Positions 52,661 through 64,000 of a stretch of DNA of 64,000 bases are shown here, piece after piece. Position numbers and translations under genes: made by a program. The DNA lies in contig NC_042997.1 in assembly GCF_006345805.1 (NCBI RefSeq), positions 154,628,001 through 154,692,000 of the forward strand, written 5' to 3'. The stretch is from Octopus sinensis (lineage: Eukaryota). The notes below the pieces were generated by a model. That model did not search any database. It saw only the letters and a list, made by a program, of their open reading frames with translations, and was not told where the DNA came from. The stretch's first letter is position 1. Each line of letters begins with the position of its first letter.

Positions 52661-52930
52661 GTTCTTTTTGTTATAAGTGGAAAATGTCGCACTGTCGAAC
52701 AACAGAAAAAATTTATCAGGAAAACAAACAAAATAAACGGACGTGCATGTGCCTGATCTCTTCATTAGTTGTTAATTGGATGCCGAAAGTTTAATGATTT
52801 CTAATTTGACAACTCATGAAGGGACTAGACTTGTGCCGTATCTTTGTTTTACTTATAGATATCTTCGTTGTCCATCTGTGTCATTTTTTCTCATACATAC
52901 GTACATGAAAGTATACGTTGCATACATGAA

Positions 52931-53026
<96 letters not shown>

Positions 53027-53139
53027 TATATATATATAATATGTGCATGCATATAATCATAGATATATGTATGTATAAATGTATATATATATATATATAT
53101 ATACAAATATAATATACAATATAATAAATAAAAAAAAAG

Positions 53140-53472
53140 ACCCCCTTCGGTCATGAGTGACCATGGGTTTGCACCTAGAGAGTTACCCTCTGAGGCACAA
53201 GTCTGGGCAAGGTTGTTTTATGGAAGACCAGTAGTCGCCCATGCATACCGGCCTCCCCTCTCCATGCCACCAGTGTTATCCAAGGGAAAGACAAAGGTCG
53301 ATACAGCTTGGCACCTGTGACGTCGCAACTCATTTCTACAGCTGAGTGAACTGGAGCAACGTGAAATAAAGTGTCTTGCTCAAGAACACAACACGCAGCC
53401 CGGTCCTGGATTCGAGCTCACAACCTCACGATCGTAAGCTCGACGCTCTAACCACTGAGCCATGCGCCTTCA
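53140..53472 (-). mobile_element. tRNA-CORE SINE with an RTE-like 3' tail
   Basis: rc GAAGGCGCATGGCTCAGTGGTTAGAG, CORE-like TGTGTTCTTGAGCAAGACACTT..CAGCTGTAGAAATG, tail ...CCCATGGTCACTCATGACCGAAGGGGG. Confidence 0.75.
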
Positions 53473-53515
53473 ATATAATAAATATATACATATATTATGT
53501 ACTTGTGTGTGTTTG

Positions 53516-53595
<80 letters not shown>

Positions 53596-54235
53596 GAGCA
53601 TCACTCATGTGCATTTGATGAAGTCAAACTGAGGTGTATAGTTACTGCAAGGAAAATTTTCCTGTCTATATTACAAATATTTTTCAGAATATATGTTATC
53701 AGTACTTTTTAAATGAATAAGGCAATGTATATAGCAAAAATACACTTATATCATAAAAATTCAGTGGATAAAAAAAAAAAAAAAAAAAAACAGCCGGAAG
53801 ATAGTGGCTGATAGTGAATATTTTTACGACATTTACATACCAGTCGATATAAAGTTAGTCAGCCATCATGTACTTTTAAGTTTAAACACATAGTAACCGC
53901 GGTAGCCATTTTAACTGTCGGCCATTTTCATGTAATAGTTTAGTGGGGCATTTCTAAATAAACTGGAAGGAGAAAATCCTAACCATACCATTTTTATTTA
54001 TCAGAAGTTAAAGTGGGCAGTAACTGACAAGAAGAGGAAACTTTCTCACGAATCTGCTACAGTAAATTACCTCCTCTTTTGAACGACATGCATAAAGAAT
54101 GATTGCAGTCATGCCTGTTGAAAGAAGCTAGACATAAAGACTAATTGCATATGTGTAAAATAGTCACTACAAAGGAACTCATGGCGCAATTTCTCTCCCT
54201 TTTTTTTCATTATTAATAATTAATGTTGGACTTAT

Positions 54236-54690
54236 GGCGGCGAGCTGGCAGAATCGTTAGCACATCGGGCGAATTGCTTCACGGCATTTCATCCATCATT
54301 ATGTTCTGAGTTCAAATATTGCCGAGGTTGACTCCACCATCATCTCTTTGAGGTTGTTAAAATAAGTACCAGTTAAGCATTGGAGTCGATGTAATCGACT
54401 TACTGTCTTCCCTGAAATCAATATTAATGTCAGACTTAATGTCAAGTTATGGGGTATTAAACATAAATAGTTCTTTCCACTAATACACAAGGCCTGAAAT
54501 TTAAAGGGAGGATGTAGTCGATTACGTAGACGCTAGTACTCAATTGTTTCTTATTTTATCGACCCCGAAAGAATAAAAGACGAAGTCGACCTAGGTAACA
54601 TTTAAACTCAGAATGTAAAGCCGGAAGAAAAGTCGCAATTTTGTGCGGCTCGGTAACGGCTTTGTCAGCACATCGCCTTATTAGATATAA
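54236..54690. mobile_element. Two convergent family A SINE copies
   Basis: Plus copy 54236 to about 54410, minus copy about 54500-54680. Confidence 0.7.
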
Positions 54691-54703
54691 ATAATAACAA
54701 TAA

Positions 54704-55115
54704 CGTGAAGTATATTTGCCACTTAAATGTGGCTAACCCTTAAGGGTGGATGCTACTGTACCTTGTAGCCCCAGGAGGACGCCCTATCAGATATCAGTGA
54801 CTTTTCGTCACTGGAAAAAGCATATATATTTGCAAAGAGAACCCACTTTTCATCGGCAATCGGTGATTGTAACACGCTTATGACGGGTCAATACCCAGAA
54901 ATTCGAGTCCGTGTGTATCATGTCAGATTGATGATGGGAAGGATGGCAAATACTGATAGGACACAGAAAGTGAGTCAATAGCCAGCTGGAGTAGGTATCC
55001 TGCTGGGGCTGCAAGCTACAGTAGCATCCACCCTTAAGGGTTAGCCACATTTAAGTGGCAAATATACTTCACGATGTCGTGCAGCTACTGTTTATACCTC
55101 GCTCAGAGATTTATT
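54704..55115. mobile_element. Unclassified insertion with 57-bp perfect inverted repeat and 16-bp flanking direct repeat
   Basis: 54704-54760 is the exact reverse complement of 55017-55073; ATAATAACAATAACGT at 54691-54706 and 55116-55131. Confidence 0.7.
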
Positions 55116-55241
55116 ATAATAACAATAACGTTATCGCTATATTGCAAACCTGGTCAGGTCCTCAGAAGCTGACCCATGAGAGAGAGAGATCATGGACACA
55201 ACTCAAACAATGCACAGTGGTGCACAAATCGTATATGTATA

Positions 55242-56532
55242 CGAGGGGCGTTCAATAAGTAATGCCCCTGACCCACTTCCCATAGCAGTAGAGCAACGAA
55301 ACTTGGCACAGGTATTAGTCTTTTTCTACATAGGAACCACCCAGAGTTACGCATTTCTCCCATCGTTTGATGCGGCTCTGGAGACCGTTTTTGTAGAAGA
55401 ACCCAGCTTGGTCCTACAACCTCAACGTGACTTCAGAAATCAAGGCTGCATCATCTGGGAAACGCTTTCCTTTCAAAAACAACTTCATGATTGGGAAGAG
55501 GTGAAAATCAGAGGGTGCAAGGTCAGGAAAGTAGGGGGGATGGGGAGGAGTTCATAGCCATACGCCTGTGCTTCTGATCTGGCGACAAGTGAGTCGTGGA
55601 CCAGAGCGTTGTCCTGCAGGAGGAGGATGCCTTTGCTGATCTTGCCCCGCCTCTTGATTTTGATAACTTCTCTTAATTTCTTCAAAAGTGAAGCATAATA
55701 GGCTCCTGCAATTGTGGTACCTTTTGCCAGGAAATCTGTCATCACTACTCCATCCTGGTCCCAGAAGACTGTGAGCATGACCTTGCCAGCGGAGGGCTGC
55801 ACCCTTGCCTTCTTTGGAGGGGGTGAGTCACGGTGCTTCCACTGCATTGACTGGGCTTTGGTCTCTGGATCATCGTGATGGACCCAGGTTTCCTCCTGTG
55901 TAATCAGTCTTTTGAAAAATTTTGACTCATCTTCTTGGCACATCTCCAAATTCACCCTCGAGCACTCGACGCGTTCTTGCTTCTGGAAAGGCGTGAGCAG
56001 CCTGGGAATCCATCTGGCAGACACCTTTTGCATATGCAAATGGTCATGAATGATAGTTTCCACAGACCCGGTACTAATCTTGACCTCATGGGCTATTTGG
56101 CGAATAGTTATGCGTCGATCTTCCAAAATGGCAGCCTCAACTTGACGGACAGATGCCTCATCAATGGCAGAAGGGGGCGACCAGATCTGGGAGCTGTTTC
56201 CACAGAGTTCCGACCATGTTTCAATTCACGATGCCAGCGTTTTACAAGGTCATATGATGGGGCATCATCACCATAAATTACTTTCATTTCATCAAAAGTC
56301 TCCCGTGGTGTGCGTCCTTTCAAATACAAAAACCGGATCACTGCTCGACACTCAACAGGCTCCATTTCACACTTGACTCGGTTCAAACACCTGTAAATCA
56401 GAAACCACAATTAATTCAGAGCTGTAATTTGCTACTTACTCTATAGAGATATAAATGATTGCACATGCAAAATTTCAGCTAGATCAAACAACTGCAAGTG
56501 GGTCAGAGGCATTACTTATTGAACGTCCCTCG
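55242..56532 (-). mobile_element. Full-length mariner transposon (1291 bp, DD34D family)
   Basis: About 36-bp TIRs CGAGGG(G/A)CGTTCAATAAGTAATGCC(C/T)CTGACCCACT with 2 mismatches, TA target duplication on both sides. Confidence 0.95.
55315..56365 (-). pseudogene. Mariner transposase pseudogene
   Basis: MEPVECRAVIRFL..PRSGRP, KVSARWIPRLL, ITQEETW (first catalytic D replaced), QDNA..(34 aa)..APSD; two frameshifts and one in-frame TAG. Confidence 0.95.
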
Positions 56533-57022
56533 TATATACGATGTTTGTAGTACTGAATTTTGGTGAACTTAAATGTAGCGTGTCGAAGGTTCATGCTTTA
56601 CCCTTATAGTTACTAATGCGGGACAAAATATTGTTATATATAAACATTTGGAAAATCTGATCTTTCTGAGCAGTATGAGTAGCTTATCCAGTGTATTTTA
56701 ATGACCGCTTTCGATATATCAGATGATTAGATAGAGGCTCTTTTATAAGGAATATTCATGTTACACCGATTAAAACGTTTTGGCTTTGATATTATAATTA
56801 CTTCCGCTTGGAAATTATCGAGCTCCACATGATTAGTCGTGGTTATATATAATGAGGTGCTAGAGAGATGAGTGAAAAAAAATTAGCACACTGTAGTGAG
56901 GAGAAATTTTATCTGGTGAATTAAAAGGAAAGCTAGATGAAACACGGGTCTGGCAAATAAGGGAAGGACACATAAGTATATGCTTACATGCTACATTATT
57001 GTGATTTTTGTTGAGGTTATAT

Positions 57023-57064
<42 letters not shown>

Positions 57065-57122
57065 TTTCAATTTGATTCTATAATCGTCTCTCTCACTCTA
57101 TAAACATATATATAGATATATA

Positions 57123-57154
<32 letters not shown>

Positions 57155-57222
57155 AATATATATATATATATACATATATATATGCATATATATATATATA
57201 CACATACATACATATATATATA

Positions 57223-57270
<48 letters not shown>

Positions 57271-57272
57271 AT

Positions 57273-57487
57273 ATATTGTTATATTTAGGAATGGTCATTT
57301 TGCCAGTTTAGCCAATAAAAACATACGCACTATATATTGGTGTTACTTTGCTTCAGTGTTATTTATTTTTTACATTAATCTTAATGTAAAAAATAAATAA
57401 CACTGAAGCAAAGTAACACCAAATATATAGTGCGTATGTTTTTATTGGCTAAACTGGCGAAATGACCATTCCTAAATATAACAATAT
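57273..57487. repeat. Near-perfect 215-bp palindrome
   Basis: 106/107-bp arms with 1 mismatch and 1 indel; 2-nt loop (TC at 57379-57380). Confidence 0.95.
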
Positions 57488-57731
57488 CTGTTTCAACACA
57501 CGACTCCACATAAAAAATCTTGCACAACAAATATCTAAACGTATATATATATATATATACATATATACATGGTGTCTGTTTATCACCCGATGCGCTTACA
57601 TCTGCACCGCCGGATGCTCTTGAACCAGTTATTGAGTGTCCTACCCGTCATATTTACTCATGTCATATTTATGTCATAAATATGACATAAATTCTCGTAT
57701 ATTCCATCTTCCGTCTTTCATTTGCCATATT

Positions 57732-57779
<48 letters not shown>

Positions 57780-57844
57780 TATATATGTCTTCGATTTTTG
57801 TCTACCAAAAAGGGTTTTTCAACCCAATGTTAACATGCTACTAA

Positions 57845-58050
57845 GGTGGCGAACTGGCAGAATCGTTAGCACGCATAGAAAATGCTTAGCGGCATTTCGT
57901 CCCTCTTTATATTCTGAGTTCAAATTCCGCCGATGTCAATTTTGCCTTTCATCCTTTCGAGGTTGATAAAAGAAGCACTAGTTGAACACTGGAGTCAATG
58001 TAATCGACTGGCCCCCCTCCCTCAAAATGTCAGGCCTCGTGTCAATAGTA
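57845..58050 (+). mobile_element. SINE family A-related, diverged
   Basis: GGTGGCGAACTGGCAGAATCGTTAGCAC...GAGTTCAAATTCCGCC. Confidence 0.75.
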
Positions 58051-58169
58051 GAAAGGCATATGTTATTATTTATACAGTTATAAAATTTGGATGCACCAAA
58101 CTCTGTGACTATACAAGGCCCTATATTAAAATTCTTATATCCATGTAATCGAAACCACTTTTATGACAG

Positions 58170-58450
58170 CAGTGCCAATGGCCTAGATGATTCTATTCCA
58201 TTCATCACATTCATCCCATCTGACAACCCATTTCAGTTCGAGTGCCTTCAGTCTCCAGTGGCACTGCCTGCTTCTGTGACCATCAACAAGTCACGAGGAT
58301 AGTCCCTTAGGGTTTCTGAAGTTGAGCTAAAATGTCTGTGTTACTCCTATGGTCAACTGCATGTTATACTTTTATGCGTTTAGTGAAGCAGTCATCTTAT
58401 CATTATAGAGCACCAAACCACCGAACAAGACGCTGTCCCCAGAGATCTTG
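58170..58450 (+). pseudogene. Helitron Pif1-family helicase C-terminal fragment
   Basis: IPFITFIPSDNPFQFECLQSPVALPASVTINKSRG*SLRVSEVELKCLCYSYGQLHV matches the Helitron motif IP.IP.IPSD.PF.F.R.QFPV...F..TINKSQGQSL.....L....FSHGQLYV. Confidence 0.8.
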
Positions 58451-58920
58451 CTTAATACAATTTGAAAAACATTATCTTATGTGTTGCATATCAATTTAGA
58501 TTTACAAAAGAACATTTAAAGTAAAACAGTATTTTCTTAAGTCATAACATAATTATCAGTAAAAGCACTGTCAAACGTTTCACACATCATATTACTTTAA
58601 ACACGTATTTGCATTACAACAACAGAAATATGCAAATATAGTTAGGTTCTGAAGCATTACATAAAAACTCCATCATTTAAAATATTTAAGCTTCACAAAA
58701 CATATTTCTATATATTCTGCATTCTAGAAACACCAAATAGCTCTGCTAGAATGTGTGTGTTGGGGATGGGGGAGAGTGAATTCAGGTGAGCGCGTATATG
58801 TCTTAGTTCTATGTTGGATCTTTACGAGTTGGAATCAACTGGCGTACTGGTACCACATCGTTTTATAACTGTTTCAAACAGGAAAGCAATTGAATGCCGT
58901 ACAAGAAATCTACACCTCAT

Positions 58921-59281
58921 ACTCACGAGTGTTCCAGTTGATCCGATCAACGGAACAGCCTGCTCGTGAAATTAACGAGCAAGTGGCTGAGCACTCCACA
59001 GACACGTGTACCATTAAGGTAGTTCTCGGGGAGATTCAGCATGACACTGAGTGTGACAAGGCTGGTCCTTTGAAATGCAGGTACAACAGAAACAGGAAGA
59101 AAGAGTGAGAGAAAGTTGTGGTGAAATAGTACAGCGGGGTTCACCACCATCCTCTGTCGGAGCCTCGTAGAGCTTTAGGTGTTTTCGCTCAATAAACAAT
59201 CACAATGCCCGGTCTGGGAATCGAAACCTCGATCCTGAGACCGCGAGCCCGCTGCTCTAACCACTGGGCCATTGCGCCTCC
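58921..59281 (-). mobile_element. SINE family C, full length
   Basis: Family C head and body, tail shared with the CORE-type copies at 4073 and 15801. Confidence 0.85.
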
Positions 59282-59934
59282 ACATGACAACTGTATGTAA
59301 GTGGATACTCAGAGATCTGGCATCAAGCTTAAACCATGGGATTGTATATGAAAGCGTCAAGAAGATAGAACATGAAAATACCGAGTCACGAATTGAGTGG
59401 TTAAACGAAAGCCCACAATTTATATTGAAGAAACTTTATGAACGTATACATTTAACCTTTAGATTTACTATGTCTCAACACACTACAGTAAGTCAACTTA
59501 ATGAAACAATGGTTTCTTTGAAGTATGTGCATGAAATCATGGAAGGGTTTAGTTACCTGTTCGAGAAGTGTTGCCACACAGAATTAAATTGTAATTTATC
59601 ACTCTTATTAGATAAATGCAAGGGAAATAGAATTTGACTGCATTATCTCCTACCCAAAATTAACGTATAATATAAATGTATGCATATATGTACACGTATT
59701 CGTATGCACATACAGATATACACGCTTAAACAAGGTGTGTACATCTCTCTTTACAAAACGGTTAAAAGTCTGTAAACGTAGTCTGCACTGCAGCAGGTGT
59801 GTATGAATGTATGTATATATGTATGCATGTATGCATGTATGCATATATATATATACAAGCATGCATGAATGTATACACGCACACACACACACATACACAC
59901 ACGCACACGCACACACACACACACACATATATAT

Positions 59935-60355
59935 AAATGAATATTCCACGATTTGCGATCACGTGATGCACTTCGCCAAAGTCCTCTCTTTCCAGCCTTT
60001 GATTTCATTGCTCTATCTTTGCCTTTGTTGCCAGCGAGCCAGTTTAATATTTAAACATGTTTTTTCTTAATTTTACCAACCAGGAAACAGGTGCAGAAGT
60101 CCTGGGCCCTGCCAAAATATTGTAGTTTTCGCCGTCTCACTGTTATTATCAGCTTTTGTTCCCATAGGTCTCAGTTGCTCGTTTTATAGGTTACCCAGTT
60201 GATCCGCAACTTCCTTTTATAGCATTTCATCTCGGATGCCTTCTGTCACTTGCTTTCAGCCACTCTTCAGACCCGTACCACTCAATGTTATTAGAAGTTT
60301 GATGCTTTTGCTGTGGGTACAGTTTTTCCATATCGTTGTGAGTGACCAAGGCCAG
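59935..60355 (-). pseudogene. RTE (BovB-like) LINE RT C-terminal fragment
   Basis: TTIWK..SIKLL, YGSEEW, EMKCYKRKLRINW, VRRRKLQYFG, SRDRKSW with stops and frameshifts. Confidence 0.75.
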
Positions 60356-60359
60356 CAAA

Positions 60360-60545
60360 TTTATGAGGGACGTCTGTCCCAGCTATCGCCACCAGTACTT
60401 AACTGGTACTATGTTTTATCAACTCAGAAAGATAAAAGACGAAGTCGACCTTAGCTGGATTTGAACTCTGAACGTAAAAGAACCGAAACAAAATCTGCAA
60501 AGCATTTTTTCAACGACCTAATGGTTGTGCCATTCCACCGCCCTT
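60360..60545 (-). mobile_element. SINE family A-related, degenerate
   Basis: Diverged match to the family A body and head. Confidence 0.65.
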
Positions 60546-61635
60546 AGGCCAGAGGAAAGGAATGTTCCACTTCTCATAGTATCAATCGATAAATGCCATT
60601 CATAGTGAACCATTATGCTTTCTTAGTCAGTATCCTGATATTAAAAACCTGATCCGGGTGAGATAAGCTTCTAAGCCCAACAGCAGATCTGAGTTATATC
60701 GGTGTGTGAATCAGCGGCCGGCGGTTAAATAACTCGTTAAGGGGTTCACATTGTACTGATCACTACCTCCCCGGCTGAACTCCGGGCCCTCATTGACTAG
60801 GCTAAGTAGAGTCTTTAGCGAGTTACCGGAGACAAGCACTGTGTTTTGGTGGTTTTTTTTGTGTGTGTGTGTGTGGTGTGTGTGTGTGTGTGTGTATTAA
60901 TGTGTGTACGCGTGTATGTACATGTATATGTATGCGCATGTATGTTTGTGCATGTGAATGGATGCACAGCGGCGGCACACACAAATATACACAAATACAC
61001 ACATATATATATATATATAATGTTGTTGAGAGTGACTTCGTAGCATGGTCAGCTAAGCTATCGTCTGAACTGGCCGAAACTTCGAAGTTACTAACAACAA
61101 CATTCTTATTTAAGATGAATAACATTTCATTCCATAAAAGAAAATAGTAAACCGTCATGTTAATGTAAAATTTTTTCTTATCATGATTGGATATAAAAAC
61201 ATTAATATAGATAGATAGACAGATAGATACATACATACATACATACATACATACATAGACCGAGAATGATACAATCAGTTAATAAAAAGAATGGTGAATG
61301 TAAAAAATAGCCCCCAAATGTAAAACATACACTTCCAACAAACGTCGAACGCATTTGCCGACAGCTGGAAATTTCGAAGATTAATATTATCGATAAATGA
61401 ATATTAATTTCAAATATTTAAAGATTAGAATATGTAAATGAGTCTTTCAGTCCATCTCTCTGATGGATACATATATAAGTGAATGGTTGTGTGCGTATGT
61501 ATATGTGTATTTATGTATGTATTTATGTATGTATGCATGTATGCATGTATCAATTTATGTTTGCATATATACTTCATGTTGGTGAGTATTTATACATGCC
61601 TACATATACACACACAAGCACACACACACACACAC

Positions 61636-61688
<53 letters not shown>

Positions 61689-62022
61689 CGCAGGGACGCG
61701 CGCGCACACACGGACACACATATTTATATAAAAGTGCTAACACGCTAGCTTCAACATGGCGCTTTTGCAGTGACACTGAGTTTTATATATGGGGATTATT
61801 TAATGCAATTTTTTGCATGGCAGTGAATGATAAATAGCAAAATACATCAAGTTGGGGGAAAAAGCAGGAGAATTGACAGCAGAAACGTTGATGATTGTGC
61901 GTGTGTGCTTGTGTGTGTGTGCATATATACACATACACACACACATAGATATATGGACATATATGTGTTTGTTCATGCATATATGTGTGTGTGAGTTTGT
62001 GTGTGCGTGTATGTATATATTC

Positions 62023-62430
62023 TTTTATTCTTTTATTTGCTTCAGCCATTTGACTGCAGCCATGCTGGAGCACTGCCTTTAGTCGAACAAATAGACCCCA
62101 GGACTTATTCTTTTGTAAGCCTAGTAATATTATATCGGTTTTGGGCCGAACCGCTAAGTTACGGGGATATGAACACAGCAACATTGGTTGTCAAGCGATG
62201 TTGGGAGGACAAGTACAGACACATAAACGTACACACAAACACACACACACACATATATATGTATATATATATATGACGCGCTTCTTTCAGTTTCCATCTA
62301 CCAAATCCCCTCACAATAGCCCGAGGCTATTGTAGAAGATACATAGCCATGGTGCCACGCAGTGGGACAGAACCCGGGAGTATGTGGTTGGTAAGCAAGC
62401 CGCTTACCATACAACCACTCCTACGTCTAT
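62023..62430 (-). mobile_element. SINE family B, full length
   Basis: Complete head-body-tail. Confidence 0.85.
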
Positions 62431-63141
62431 ATATGTACGTGTGTGTATACATGTATACAGATATATGTGTGTATATATACGTTTGTGTGTGTGTTTGATT
62501 TGACTTGTTCTGTCAACTGAATTACTGATTCGGTAAATGAACAATCTAAGCGGCTGAGTATCCCTTAGTCACGTGTACCTTTAATATTATCCACATAACA
62601 AACCAGCCTGATAAATTATGTAACAAAGCTCGGCATTGAAATTACAGGTAAAATCAATAAGATTGGCTACCACACAAATTCCGTCATCCTAATTTCATTC
62701 ACAAGGTTCGGGTCGACTCGAGGCTATAGTAAAGCTCATGGTAAAGCGAATTTTTAAACAACGTGGCTGTGCCAGCATCCATGCGTTAACGTGAAGTTTG
62801 ATGTGACGACAAACGGCAATAGCCGAATAACTATAATTATGTTCTTTACTATGGGTTCAGTAGTTTTTTTCTCTTTTACCTTGTAACAAAACCGTATATG
62901 CGTAACGTATAACATGGCTGTTCTATAAAATGTAGTAACTATGTTACTACATTCTAATCCCAGGAAAACGTATTTTCAAGCTGGTTAAAGACACACAACC
63001 TGTGTCCGATATATTGTGAGTAAGGGAGCGAATCACTCTACTCCAGCTTGGCAAGACCAGTAGAGCATAGTTTCTGGGTCTTTACTCTTCATTGGTACTG
63101 GACATCTGCCTGCTAGAGATGGCAGTCAATCGTCCCTACTC

Positions 63142-63153
63142 CCAATATATAAA
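63142..63153 (+). promoter_or_regulatory. Possible CCAAT/TATA core-promoter motif
   Basis: CCAATATATAAA in unique sequence; motif only. Confidence 0.15.
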
Positions 63154-63236
63154 CAGAAAAGTGGCAAACAGCCGCTGATCTCGTAACGAGCAAAATAGTT
63201 AGTTCTAAATCTCTAAACGAGATATAAGTAGTAACA

Positions 63237-63346
<110 letters not shown>

Positions 63347-63697
63347 TAAACAGTGTTTATAACAAGAGGAAAGTAATCACTACATGTTGTAGAGTATAAT
63401 TCTGTTTACTGATGCTGTTTCCGTTCAGTTTCACCATAAGACATTGAATAAAATATGTTTTATAATAAAAAGATGTTCTTTTATTTAAGGTTATATCATT
63501 TCAGTATTGCATTGACTAATATAATAAATCACATGAATGATTCTTAATGGTTAGTTATTTCCAACAGGAAAACTTTGAAAGAAGACAACTTTGGCAAATT
63601 TTTGCTCTTATAAAATCACCTTTGTCTAATTTAATAGCCAGCCAGAGGCTGTGGCAATTCTGGAACACAGCCTTTTTCTTTTTCTTTCTTTTTCTAG

Positions 63698-63760
63698 ATG
63701 GAGCCGATATCCAAATTTTCCATATGGGTTGTCTGATAACCCTTGTTGAATGTGATACAC
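63698..63760 (+). other. Candidate 63-nt exon
   Basis: Long pyrimidine tract TTTCTAG|ATGGAG...GATACAC|GTAAGA; only the phase-1 frame is open (DGADIQIFHMGCLITLVECDT). Confidence 0.3.
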
Positions 63761-64000
63761 GTAAGAAGATATTTTTATTGCGAGCACCTTAACCTCTTAG
63801 TAGCATTTAATATTTCATTTTAATCTTTCATTCACATCTCGTGTTGCCTCTAAATCAACTGTAGGTTGTGAGCTCAACCGATCGGAAATCGAAATCTGCT
63901 GATATTAAAATATTCTTGAAGGTTTGTCAGCATGACGAGAAGTTTTTTTCTCCTCTTCAAGATGCAACCAGCATGTGACAGCAAGATTTTAAGTTTTTTT

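Noticed and set aside
59200-59281. tRNA-like sequences at SINE heads
   Set aside because: A and B boxes are present but no complete cloverleaf, and each continues into a SINE body.
60690-60830. Cadherin-like VNEGPEFS motif on the minus strand
   Set aside because: No other cadherin repeat motifs, short frame and no splice support.

Overview
Repeat-saturated, AT-rich animal genomic DNA, most likely coleoid cephalopod (Octopus-like). That assignment is an inference from the tRNA-derived SINE families and the very high density of (TA)n, (CA)n, (TATC)n and (TATG)n microsatellites. Most of the window is transposon relics: several tRNA-SINE families (one occurring as head-plus-184-bp multimers), RTE and CR1-type LINE fragments, Penelope-like termini with minimal hammerhead-ribozyme motifs, a full-length disrupted DD34D mariner, an internally deleted DD37D element, MITEs and Helitron pieces. 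Nearly all ORFs in the supplied track are artefacts of microsatellites or antisense SINE reading. No host gene can be named with confidence. The best non-repeat signal is at 10.2-10.7 kb on the minus strand: a 72-nt, single-open-frame, phase 2-2 candidate exon that base-pairs over 70 nt with its own downstream intron. Wobble mismatches favour the minus strand 9 to 1, and a candidate terminal exon and poly(A) signal follow. This is the layout expected of an ADAR editing or splicing-control hairpin. Two very young near-perfect palindromes and several long inverted repeats are also present. All sequence comparisons were done by eye; protein-family resemblances are from memory and need database confirmation.
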